Assembly (NCBI GenBank): GCA_963754925.1
Contig: CAVWHX010000007.1
Coordinates: forward strand, 1 to 64,000
Direction: 5' to 3'
Length of the DNA stretch: 64,000 nt
DNA from: an uncultured delta proteobacterium
Lineage (GTDB): Bacteria; Myxococcota; B64-G9
The notes under the pieces were generated by a model. The model was given only the letters and a program-made list of their open reading frames with translations, made no database searches and was not told the DNA's origin. Position 1 is the first letter of the stretch, and each line of letters begins with the position of its first letter. Below are positions 1 through 10,007 of this stretch, piece after piece. Made by a program: the position numbers and the translations under genes.

Positions 1-473
1 ATGCGCTTTTTGAGCTCGGACCCATTCATAAAATAGTCTTGCTGCCGGAAAATTTTAGCGTCGAATCACTCAATGCGGTTTCCCGGCTCAAGTTCTTTGT
101 CCAGGCCTTCAACGTACCGGTTGAATTCTTTTCAAAAGAACAACTCGCCGCGTTGACCCGAGATACATCCCATCCAAAACTTTTTTCATTATCGGCAAAT
201 ATCGATCCGAAACGAATCCTCGAATTGACGGGGATAAAACCTATCGTGTTAGAGATCCGCACCAACCGCAATCAGCTCCCTAATAGCCTGCTTGAGGTCA
301 TTAAAGATTTACGCGGCGTTGAGCTTACGCTTGTGGTGGATGGCCGTTTGACGCAGGCAGAGGTCAAACCGCTGACGAAGATAGAGCGTTTCCCCGTGAA
401 GGTAGATCTCGACGATGTGAACGAGATTACCCCAGGGTTGCCTCAGCTCCTAAACAAGATTAATCCTCCGTAA
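1..473 (+). CDS. Hypothetical protein, 5' partial (runs in from before the window)
   Basis: Frame of ORF 39..473 is open back to the window edge; no recognisable motif. Confidence 0.55.
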   Translation, partial: ALFELGPIHKIVLLPENFSVESLNAVSRLKFFVQAFNVPVEFFSKEQLAALTRDTSHPKLFSLSANIDPKRILELTGIKPIVLEIRTNRNQLPNSLLEVIKDLRGVELTLVVDGRLTQAEVKPLTKIERFPVKVDLDDVNEITPGLPQLLNKINPP

Positions 474-713
474 CTTGACGACATTGGATTCCAGCCAAGC
501 CGCACGGCCCCGCGAAAGCGCTGTGCGGCTTAGCAGGGGATCCAGAGGTGTTGTTATCTGGAAATCAGAATCCCATCGAATATCAAACTATTAACGCATG
601 GAATTCCTTGACAAGGGTGAGATTCGTTGATACCTAAGCCAAGCTGTTGGGGAGCCCTTGGGCTCCGAGGTACCGCTGAGGCTCGCGAAACCGGGTGCGC
701 GCAGTTGATATTC

Positions 714-788
714 AGGCGCGTAGCTCAGGGGGAGAGCGCTACCTTGACACGGTAGAGGTCGGTGGTTCGAAACCACTCGCGCCTACCA
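714..788 (+). tRNA. tRNA-Val(GAC)
   Basis: AGGCGCG/CGCGCCT acceptor stem, TAGCTCAG D arm, CTACC-ttGACac-GGTAG anticodon arm, GGTTCGAA T loop, encoded CCA. Confidence 0.97.
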
Positions 789-849
789 ATAACAACGCCG
801 GGCTCATCCCCGGGGGTGGGTGCGGCATTTTTGTTGGGGCATGGTTTAC

Positions 850-2798
850 ATGGGAGATACGGCAGACGTAACCATTACTTTTCCCGATGGCAGTAAGAAT
901 GCTATTGCCCGGGGGACAACGTTACAAGACCTAGCCAAATTACTTGGCGCCAAATTTTTAAAAGAATCTATCGCTGGGAAGATAAATGGCCGTCTGGTTG
1001 ATCTCTCTACGTCGCTTGATCGCGATGCAACCATCGAACTCGTGCTCGAACATAATCCGGAGGCTCGCGCGGTCATTCGCCACTCGACCGCCCATATTAT
1101 GGCTTCCGCTGTCAAGGAGCTCTTTCCAACCGCAAAGGTAACCATGGTCCGGCTATCTATGATGGCGTCAATGGTTTCGACCATGACTTCGATTACGAGC
1201 GCGGCTTCAACGAGCAGGATCTCGAACGTATCGCACAAAGAATGGACGAGATCATAAAGAAGGATGTGCCGTTTGAGCGTCAAGAAGTGAGCCGCGAGGA
1301 AGCTCGAAAGCTATTTTCGGATCAGGGTGAGAGTTACAAGCTCGAGCTTCTTGACGCTATACCGGCTGGCGAGAGCGTCTCGCTCTATCGCCACGACCAT
1401 TTTGCTGATCCTTGTCGTGGCCCCCACTTGCCCTCTACCGGACGGGTTAAAGCCTAACAAGCTTCTCGGCGTGGCTGGGGCATACTGGCGGGGTGATTCT
1501 CGCAACAAGATGCTGGCTCGGATTTATGGAACCGCGTTCGCCACCAAGGACGAACTGAAAAATCACCTCGCTCGAATTGAAGAGGCTAAAAAGCGCGACC
1601 ATCGCTTACTTGGTAAGCAACTCGATTTGTTTAGTTTCAGCTTGCCGTTGGTGGCGGGTTGGTATTATGGCATCCAAAAGGGGCAAAGGTACGTTACCTA
1701 ATCGAAGAATTTTGGCGTCAGACGCATTTTGATTATGGCTACGAGCTGGTCAATCCGCCCCAATTGGTCAGGCCGAGCTGTGGGAGACGAGCGGTCACCT
1801 TTCCTTTTACCGTCAAAACATGTATGCACCCATGGAGATCGAGGGCAATCCATACTTTGTCAAACCGATGAACTGCCCTTTTCATATTGAGATCTACCGT
1901 TCGAGGTTGCGTAGTTACCGCGATCTGCCGATACGCTTTGCCGAGCTGGGAACCGTATACCGCTACGAAGCCTCCGGCGTATTGCACGGGTTGATGCGGG
2001 TGCGCGGCTTCACCCAGGACGACGCCCATATCTTCTGCCGCGCCGATCAACTCGATCATGAGATCCGGCGCTGTCTCGATCACACGTTCTTTCTCTTGCG
2101 CGCCTTTGGTTTTGAAGAGTTCAAGATCTACGTCAGCACCCGACCGGAAAAATTCGTCGGTGAAGTCGCCGATTGGGAGAAGGCCACCGAGACATTAACT
2201 TCGGCGCTTCAAAGCAGCAATCTGGCCTATGAGATCGCTCCGGGCGAGGGGGTTTTTTACGGTCCGAAAATCGATATCAAGATCAAAGATTCCTTAGGGC
2301 GAACGTGGCAGTGTTCCACCACTGCATGTGGATTTCAATTTGCCTCAGCGCTTCTCAATAGAGTATGTTGATCGGGACAACACCCGCCGTCAGCCCTTTA
2401 TGGTGCACCGTGCCTTGTTGGGGTCGCTCGAGCGCTTTTTCGGGGTGTTGATCGAGCATCACGCCGGCGCGTTTCCCGGTTTGGGTTGCGCCGGTGCAGG
2501 CGATTGTGCTGCCGCTCACCGACGGCATGTTCCGTACTCGCGGTCGGTTGCACAAACACTGGCAGCGGCAGGCGTACGGGTTGAAGTGGACGAGCGCAAT
2601 GAGAAGCTCGGGTATAAAATCAGAGAGGCTCAGCTCGCCAAGATCGCCTACATGCTCGTCGTCGGCAAGCGCGAGGTCGAGCAGGGTGGGGTGGCTGTAC
2701 GAAAGAGGGACGGTCAGGATTTAGGCTTCATGCCACAAAACGAGGTGCTAGAAATGCTGAAAAAAGGAAGCAGCGTTTCCCCAGCGCCCCATTGTTAA
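850..2798 (+). CDS. thrS: Threonyl-tRNA synthetase, split over several frames by indels (likely sequence errors)
   Basis: TGS domain, [66 protein letters not shown] in consecutive ORF fragments. Confidence 0.95.
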
Positions 2799-2810
2799 GG
2801 AGGGGTAGCC

Positions 2811-3560
2811 ATCAATATCGATCGCAGACCAAAGGGAGGTTTTCAGGGCGACGGAACGCGCGTAAATGAGGGTATCCGCGCTCGAGAGGTTCGCGTGATC
2901 GCCGATGGCGGTGATCAGCTGGGGATTATGTCAACCGAGGATGCCATCCGAATCGCTCAGGAGCAGGGGCTTGATTTGGTCGAGGTCGCGGCACAGTCGC
3001 GACCGCCGTGTACGTAGGCATCATGGATTATGGGAAGTTCAAATATTCCCAAAAGAAAAAGACCCAGGGAACCAAAAAGCACGCGGCCGGTCAAACGGTA
3101 AAAGAAGTCAAATTGCGCCCCAAGACCGAGGATCATGATTACCAGTTCAAAGCTTTAGCACATACTCCGGTTTTTGATGGAAGGCGCCAAAGTAAAAGTG
3201 ACCATACGCTTCCGCGGTCGCGAACTGGTCCATAAAGATATCGGTCTTGAGATGCTTGAACGGATTACCAAGGATGCCAACGAGATGGGTCTGGTGTCGT
3301 CGCCGGCTTTTATGGAAGGCAAGTTGCTTCAGATGGTGCTGACACCGTCGCCCAAGGCTTTGGTTATAAAACGCAACCGCGACGAAGAACGCGAGCGAAT
3401 CAAGGAAACCGAACGGGCCGAACGGAGAAAGGCCGGCCTGAAAGAAGAACCGGAACCGACCGAAGAGCACACCGCGGAAGAAGAAGAACCCGATGACGAG
3501 AGTTACGAAGAACAAGACGCTGACGAAGGCGATACCGATAAGGAGTCATCTGATGCCTAA
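2811..3560 (+). CDS. infC: Translation initiation factor IF-3, ATC start codon, acidic C-terminal extension; about two indels
   Basis: SD AAGGAGG at 2797-2803 then [53 protein letters not shown]. Confidence 0.92.
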
Positions 3561-3749
3561 GCTGAAGACAAACAGTGGTGCAGCCAAACGCTTCAAGCTG
3601 ACGAAGCGCGGTAACTTTAAATTCAAAAGGGCCAAAATGCGGCACATCCTTACCAGCAAGCCCAAAACAGAAGCGCCGGCTGCGCAAACCAGGTAAATTG
3701 GACAGCACCAATATAAAGCAGATCAAGCGACCTGCTTCCCTATGCGTAA
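3553..3749 (+). CDS. rpmI: 50S ribosomal protein L35 (indels near 3665 and 3730)
   Basis: [15 protein letters not shown]...RHILTSK, then KQKRRLRK and LPYA* in shifted frames; located after infC. Confidence 0.92.
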
Positions 3750-3760
3750 AGGAGTTCGGT

Positions 3761-4107
3761 ATGCCCGCGCAACTAATGCACCCGCTCGAAGACAGCGTAA
3801 GAAGAAAGTAATTAAGCGGGCGAGCGGCTTCTATGGGATGGGAAAGAGTTCGTTTCGCGTCGCTGCGTCTCAAGTGCGACGCGCGCTGGCCTATGCGTAC
3901 GTTGGTCGCAAGGTAAAGAAAAGAGACTACCGTTCGTTGTGGAACGTGCGGATCAATGCCCGCGCCAGGCAGAATGGCACCACCGATAGCAAGCTCATCA
4001 AGGGACTCGTGGACAAGAACGTGCTCTTAGACCGCCGTACTCTCGCAGATATAGCTTTACACGACCCAGTCGGGTTCACTAAGATTGTCGAGTTAGCGCG
4101 CAGCTGA
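3761..4107 (+). CDS. rplT: 50S ribosomal protein L20 (indel just after the start)
   Basis: YAYVGRKVKKRDYRSLWNVRINA, LDRRTLADIA; SD AAGGAG before ATG 3761. Confidence 0.95.
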
Positions 4108-4130
4108 GTACCTGGGTATTGGACACGCGC

Positions 4131-4509
4131 ATGAGCGAACCAACCGCAAGAGACCATTCTCTGCCGAATAAGGTCTATTTCAGGATCGGCGAGGTTAGTG
4201 AAATCGTCGGGGTCAGCCGTAAGTCCTGAGATATTGGGAATCAGAGTTTGCTGCGCTTAAACCGGTTAAAATCTCCCACCCAGCAACGTCTCTATCGGAA
4301 GAATGATATTGAGCTCTTACTCAAGATCAAACGATTGCTCTATGAAGAGATGTTTACCATCGCCGGCGCCAGGAAACAGCTCACCCGGGGTGAACGGAGG
4401 GACGCGTCGCCGAGCTGATCTGCGGCTGACGCCGGGCGCCGATGATAAGTTGCTGCAACTGATCGAGCGCGAGCTCAACAATGTCCTGCAACTTCTCGAA
4501 AAAAAATAA
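4131..4509 (+). CDS. MerR-family HTH regulator (frameshifted)
   Basis: Manual translation across indels: LPNKVYFRIGEVSEIVGV...VLRYWESEF...QRLYRKNDIELLLKIKRLLYEEMFTIAGARKQL. Confidence 0.85.
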
Positions 4510-4738
4510 ATAGCATACGGTCGCACGTTTCTTGTTGGTACCAAGTCAACTCATCGCAGATGAAAAAAGACATTTGCGATAAAGTCATCCTCGCGAAAGC
4601 GCCGCACGCCGCCTGCGCGGGAATGACCATTTTGACGGCGATCAGATTCATCTCGGTACTCATCGCTGTTGACACTCGAATTCACCAGTGCTACAAGACT
4701 TCGCGCGCTCGATGGCTAAGAAGTATTGCCGGCAGTGA

Positions 4739-4813
<75 letters not shown>

Positions 4814-4818
4814 TGTGA

Positions 4819-4853
4819 AGAGGACGTCTTGCAAAAAGGGCGTCCTCTCTTTT
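4819..4853 (+). terminator. Intrinsic terminator after tRNA-Pro
   Basis: AGAGGACGTCT/GGGCGTCCTCT hairpin followed by CTTTT. Confidence 0.7.
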
Positions 4854-4877
4854 AAGCCGACAAGAGGGGGGTCAGTG

Positions 4878-5557
4878 CTATGCCGATCGCAGGCGCTGCT
4901 GCTCTTTGACCACGCTCCCAACATATTCATTGAGCGAAGCGATCACCGCGTCGACTTGCTCTTTGAGTTTTCCGAATTCCTCGGGTTCAAGAGATCCCAG
5001 TTCAACGAGTTGCTCGATGTGGTCCTGAACCGCCATTAGTGCGCCGCGGCTCTCGAGGGCCCTATTGATACTTGCTCGAAAAGTTCCCTCGCCAAACCCC
5101 TGAGCCAACGCCGCCGTCACCGTTGTCGCTGCATGCTTAATTCGGCTTATAAGGTTCCCGCGCTCGCTATCGGGAAGACCGTTGGCCACCTGGTATAAGC
5201 GACTTCGTAAGCCTTCCCCAATTTGTAAGCAGGAATATCGCCAAACTTTTTATAGCCTCCCGGGCCGCTTTGGGAAGTAGCGACGGCATAGAATAACTCG
5301 CCTTCTGATTTGGGCCGGCGCGCTGGTTGGTGCAGGGGCGCTCTATTTCGATGCCAAACCTTTGTCGTTGGCGTTGGCGCTGACTCTGCCGCCGAGCGGG
5401 ACTCATGGGTACGGAGATCATCCCCGAGGGGGCGATGTTGCTTATTGGCAGGGCGCCGCATAACAGACTGCGTGCGGCTTGGCTGCGTGCGGCTTGGCTG
5501 AGGACGCCTCAGTTGCGATTTTCCTCTTTTATTATCCAAGATTGTTCCACCTTTCAA
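4878..5557 (-). CDS. Four-helix-bundle protein (23S rRNA IVS / S23-like family) with a disordered basic N-terminal extension; frameshifted
   Basis: YKKFGDIPAYK...LPDSERGNLISRIKHAATTVTAALAQGFG...RGAL joins ORFs 5147..5557 and 4878..5189. Confidence 0.7.
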
Positions 5558-6089
5558 TGTTCGATACCTAGTCGGGCCTTTATACCATGTTGATAAGGGT
5601 GTTTAATGAGCTTCATATCAGTGACTAGATCTGCCATGGCGATCAACTCCGAGGGGGCGTTTCGTCCGGTTAGAATCAGCTCGACGTGGGCAGGTTTGCT
5701 GCGAATAAGTTCTAAGACATCTGCGAGCTTTATGAGTGCGAAATCGAGCGCCACGTTGATCTCGTCAAGTATCACAAGATCATGTAGACCGGCTGCGACC
5801 ACGTGCTTAGCCAAGTTCAGTCCGTCCTGAGCGAGCGTGATGTCAATCGGATCGGGATGTTTCTGGAAACGAATGTTTCTCGTCCTACCTGGCGGATCTC
5901 GAATAACGGCATAAGCCTCTTTGCAGACTCTAATTCGCCATACTCTCGATTGTCCTTCATAAACATAATCATAAACACCTTGAGGTCATGGCCCGCTGCT
6001 CGAAAAGCCTGCCCGAGCGCCGCAGTCGTCTTACCCTTGCCTTCACCGGTGTAAATCTGCAGGAAACCTTGTTCAAGTCGCTTAATCAT
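5554..6089 (-). CDS. cobO: Cob(I)alamin adenosyltransferase CobO/BtuR (frameshift near 5820-5850)
   Basis: QIYTGEGKGKTTAALGQAFRAAGH, DLVILDEIN, ELILTGR, ADLVT...KHPY...ARLGIE. Confidence 0.92.
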
Positions 6090-6225
6090 CTGAACCTGAC
6101 CTTTATTTGTAAGTGTTGCTAACACAAGCCTTCTATGAGTGTCAACCTTCAATAGGCTTAGATTAGAGTTGCACTGCAAATAACTTGTAACAAACTGATA
6201 TATTAGTACTTATCGAAATAAGGTC

Positions 6226-6254
6226 TTGACAGATAATGTTTGAGGTAATAATAT
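6226..6254 (+). promoter_or_regulatory. Sigma70-type promoter
   Basis: TTGACA-17 nt-TAATAT in an AT-rich intergenic region. Confidence 0.6.
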
Positions 6255-6311
6255 CCTGCGTCGTTTGAAGATGAGAATAAACGACTTTGCATATTGTATG
6301 GAGGTCTCCTC

Positions 6312-6472
6312 ATGATAGAATCAAAAGAAACAAAATCTACAGAACAGAAAAACCACCGTGGGGTTTAACATTTTCCAAACGAAAGGTAACGTCCAGCGCC
6401 GGCCAATCGAAAAAGATTTCTTCAAAAATCCAAGATAAACAGGTAGCCAAGGATTGGGACCAAGTCACGTAA
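6312..6472 (+). CDS. Small standalone peptide (about 53 aa if one A is restored in the A-run near 6350)
   Basis: GGAGG SD and ATG 6312, own promoter; corrected MIESKETKSTEQKKPPWGLTFSKRKVTSSAGQSKKISSKIQDKQVAKDWDQVT. Confidence 0.5.
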
Positions 6473-6636
6473 ATTCGCGGTATTGATGAGGGTCATGAGA
6501 ACAATCTCTTATCAACAACGATTTGATCCCGCCACAAAGACAGATTATCCTTTTCCGCCTTTTCTTGACACGTCCTTGTCCGGTTGATAGTTCTTCTTTG
6601 TTGAAAAACTCATCGTACCCATAGGGCATTGTCAGG

Positions 6637-8199
6637 ATGTCTCAACCGGTAAAATTCGGTAAATATTACTTAGTGGAACGCCTCGCGGTCGGTGGCATGG
6701 CCGAGATATATAAGGCCAAGATGTACGGGGTGGACGGCTTTGAAAAGCAAATGGTGGTCAAGCAGATTCTGCCCCAGTATGCGCGCAACCGCGAATTTGT
6801 CACCATGTTCATCGACGAGGCCAAGATAACCGTCTCGCTCTCACACGGAAATATCGTACCGGTGTACGAGCTTGGACAGATAGATGGAATCTACTTTCTT
6901 TCGATGGATTACGTCGATGGAAAAAATCTCGGAGAGCTCCTTGATGCCGGGATCGACGCGAAAGACATGCTCGCCGTCCCCGATGCCCTGTTCATTTCTC
7001 GCGAGGTCCTGGCTGGGCTTGACTACGCCCACCGTAAAACCGATGAGCGCGGCAATCCCCTCAATATTGTCCACCGGGACGTTTCTCCCCAAAATGTCTT
7101 AATATCGTTCGAGGGTGAGGTAAAAATTGTCGATTTCGGCATTGCTCACGCCGCTACAAAAGTACATGCGACCCAAGCTGGTGTCATTAAGGGAAAATTT
7201 GGTTACATGTCACCGGAGCAGGCATTAGGAAAAGATGTCGACGCCCGCAGCGACATCTTCACCGCCGGCATCTTGTTGTGGGAAATGCTGACTCTCGAGC
7301 GGCTATTCGGTGGAGAATCCGACTCCGAGGCGTTGGATAGAATCAAGCGAGCCGACGTGCCGCCTCCTTCAACGATTAATCCCAACTTACCGCCCCAACT
7401 CAATGAAATAGTTATCAAGTCACTCGCCTGCGATCCCGATAAGCGGTTTCAATCAGCCGGGGAAATGCAACTGGTGCTTTCTCGATTTTTATATGGTTTA
7501 CCGGTTGAAGCCTCATCGAAGACGCTTTCGGCCTATCTTCAAAGACTTTTCGCTCAAGATATCGCCAAGCGCCAAAACCAACCTGAGCAAGCCGTACCGC
7601 CGACGCCGTACGAAGAGGGTCTTCCTCCCAACGCACCCGAGCCGCACGCAGCCAAGGTTTATGGAGAAAAACCTCTTGCGGATCAAGCTGCCGATTTGAT
7701 TTCCAACCCTAATCCCGTCGCGATGGCACCACGTGTCGTGCGCGCCAAACCGCTGAGTCTGCCGCTGTCAACGGTAGAAGAAGATGTTGAAGACAATTTT
7801 AGCTACGACAAAACCTGGGCCTGGCTTCGCTGGCTGATTGTCGCCGGGACCATAGTATTGTTGGGGGGAGGGGGGGTTCTCGCGCGCCATCAGATCGCTA
7901 GAGTTTTTTCTGTCTTTCAGGATTCCATGGATCGCTCGGTCGAACGCCTGGTCAAGAAGGAGCTGGGTACCTTGTTGATCCGCACTAAACCGACCGGAGC
8001 ATCGGTTTATTTCGACAACCAAAAGGTCGGCACCACCGATACCTACATCAGGCTTATCGATCCTTCCCGGGAATACGAATTAGTCCTTACCAAAGAAGGG
8101 TATCCGCCCTGGTCGCGGCGCGTTCTACCTTCCGACTGGCAAAAAGGTAAGATGCTCATCGAGGTGTATAAAGATTGGACGGCGGACAGCCTCAAGTGA
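6637..8199 (+). CDS. Hanks-type Ser/Thr protein kinase with TM helix and C-terminal PEGA domain
   Basis: GGMAEIY, VVKQ, HRDVSPQN, DFG, KGKFGYMSPEQ; TM WLIVAGTIVLLGGG; TKPTGASVYFD. Confidence 0.95.
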   Translation: MSQPVKFGKYYLVERLAVGGMAEIYKAKMYGVDGFEKQMVVKQILPQYARNREFVTMFIDEAKITVSLSHGNIVPVYELGQIDGIYFLSMDYVDGKNLGELLDAGIDAKDMLAVPDALFISREVLAGLDYAHRKTDERGNPLNIVHRDVSPQNVLISFEGEVKIVDFGIAHAATKVHATQAGVIKGKFGYMSPEQALGKDVDARSDIFTAGILLWEMLTLERLFGGESDSEALDRIKRADVPPPSTINPNLPPQLNEIVIKSLACDPDKRFQSAGEMQLVLSRFLYGLPVEASSKTLSAYLQRLFAQDIAKRQNQPEQAVPPTPYEEGLPPNAPEPHAAKVYGEKPLADQAADLISNPNPVAMAPRVVRAKPLSLPLSTVEEDVEDNFSYDKTWAWLRWLIVAGTIVLLGGGGVLARHQIARVFSVFQDSMDRSVERLVKKELGTLLIRTKPTGASVYFDNQKVGTTDTYIRLIDPSREYELVLTKEGYPPWSRRVLPSDWQKGKMLIEVYKDWTADSLK

Positions 8200-8295
8200 C
8201 TATCGCAAAAAATAACTTGCATTTCTGATCGTCCACGCTACAATGCAGCCCGCTTGTGGGTAGAAAAGCCTATGGTTAGGCGAGGAGTTACTGGT

Positions 8296-8952
8296 ATGTC
8301 AAAAGCGATCTTGGGGAAAAAAATCGGTATGACCCAGATCTTTGATGAGTCGGGCAACCGTATCGCAGTAACCGCCGTTGAAGCTGGTCCTTGCATTGTG
8401 CTTCAAAAAATGACAGTAGCAAAGCACAAATACAGCGCTATTCAGATTGGGTTCGGCGATATTCCCGAGCGTCGCTTGAGTAAGCCAAGGGGCGGATTAT
8501 GCAAGCGCCTCAATCTCAAACCGGTACGTTTCCTTAGGGAAATTCGTATGACCCCGGAGCAGGTTGACGCGTTTAAAATCGGCGACTCTATTTCGGTATC
8601 CATATTCAAAGACGGTGAGAAAGTGGATGTCATCGGCACCTCGAAGGGTAGGGGATTTCAGGGTGTGGTCAAGCGCTACCATTTCGCGGGAAGCACACGA
8701 ACCCGCGGTACCCACGAGTACCGACGCCACCCCGGATCGATTGGCAACCGCGAGTGGCCCGGTAAGGTCTTCAAGAACAAGAAACTTCCGGGGCACATGG
8801 GTGATGAGCGTATCACCACCCAAAATTTGGTCGTCGCGAAGGTCGATGCCGAGCGCAATCTGCTTCTGATTGAGGGTCCGGTCCCGGGCGGGCGGGACGC
8901 GTTAGTTCTCGTGCGTCAAGCTCGCAAGCAACGGGTTGCGAAGGTAATATAG
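8296..8952 (+). CDS. rplC: 50S ribosomal protein L3
   Basis: ILGKKIGMTQIF, GTSKGRGFQGVVKR, HPGSIG, LPGHMG; SD GAGGAG. Confidence 0.97.
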   Translation: MSKAILGKKIGMTQIFDESGNRIAVTAVEAGPCIVLQKMTVAKHKYSAIQIGFGDIPERRLSKPRGGLCKRLNLKPVRFLREIRMTPEQVDAFKIGDSISVSIFKDGEKVDVIGTSKGRGFQGVVKRYHFAGSTRTRGTHEYRRHPGSIGNREWPGKVFKNKKLPGHMGDERITTQNLVVAKVDAERNLLLIEGPVPGGRDALVLVRQARKQRVAKVI

Positions 8953-9019
8953 TTGGAGCTCGTTGCTTTTCTTTGTCCTTCCTAAGAACAACTTTTGATT
9001 TATTCGCATTTTTTTAGTT

Positions 9020-9790
9020 ATGTACAACTTCGAACTCAAGACCGCGATAATAGCAGCCAAGCATGCCGGCCGACTGCTCAAGGCGCTGGCCATCCATGGG
9101 GTGGCAATAGAGCATAAGGGCGCAATCGATCTGGTGACCGATGCCGACCACCGGTCAGAGGAGATTATCGTTCGATCTCTGCGCAAGTCTTTTCCCAGCG
9201 ATGACATCATGACTGAAGAGAGCAACACGGATCGCACCAATTCCGACCGCCGCTGGATCGTCGACCCGCTGGACGGCACCACCAACTACACCCATAGCTT
9301 TCCCGTGTGGTGTGTGTCGATCGCCTTCGAGCACCAAGGCCTCATCCAGGCCGGCGTGGTCTACAACCCCAACAACAAGGAACTCTTCACGGCACGTCGC
9401 GGCCGGGGTGCGTTCCTCAACGGCTCGCGGATCCATGTGTCGAGGCAGCGCGAGCTTTCTAGTAGCTTGCTGGTAACCGGTTTTCCGTACGACGTTCACA
9501 CCTCGAACCAGGACAACCTCGAACCATTCGCCCGATTCATCAAGCGGGCCCAGGCGGTGCGACGGATGGGTTCAGCGGCACTAGATATGGTTTATATCGC
9601 GTGCGGCCGTTTCGACGGGTTCTGGGAGATGAAGCTCAAGCCCTGGGATACAGCCGCAGCCAGCTTGTTAGTGGCCGAAGCGGGCGGGAAAGTGACTGAT
9701 TTTTCAGGCAAGACTTTTTCAAGCTATGGCCAGGAATGCCTTGCCTCCAATGGAAAAATACACCGCGCGATGCTCACCGTGCTCAGATGA
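9020..9790 (+). CDS. suhB: Inositol monophosphatase family protein
   Basis: DLVTDAD, WIVDPLDGTTNY, RRMGSAALD, WDTAAA. Confidence 0.93.
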   Translation: MYNFELKTAIIAAKHAGRLLKALAIHGVAIEHKGAIDLVTDADHRSEEIIVRSLRKSFPSDDIMTEESNTDRTNSDRRWIVDPLDGTTNYTHSFPVWCVSIAFEHQGLIQAGVVYNPNNKELFTARRGRGAFLNGSRIHVSRQRELSSSLLVTGFPYDVHTSNQDNLEPFARFIKRAQAVRRMGSAALDMVYIACGRFDGFWEMKLKPWDTAAASLLVAEAGGKVTDFSGKTFSSYGQECLASNGKIHRAMLTVLR

Positions 9791-10007
9791 TTGCTTTTCT
9801 TTATTCTCGCAGTTAATCCACTATCGCTTCAAGGGTGTTGCACACCATCTCTGATAGACTTTTTCAATCATCAGAAATTCTCGCATGGGAAAAGCGGCGC
9901 ACCCAAAGTTGCCATAACGGCGCACTCCATTATAAAATTACCCTATTGTGGTCAATGGGGCCTGCCCATCACAAAAGCGAATTACCTGGAACACAAGGGA
10001 TCGTCTC

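Noticed and set aside
850..4107. Pseudogenes or programmed frameshifting in thrS-infC-rpmI-rplT
   Set aside because: Too many scattered indels in essential genes with no shared slippery motif; sequence error is the simpler explanation
4878..5557. Diversity-generating retroelement (Avd)
   Set aside because: No reverse transcriptase and no template/variable repeat pair seen
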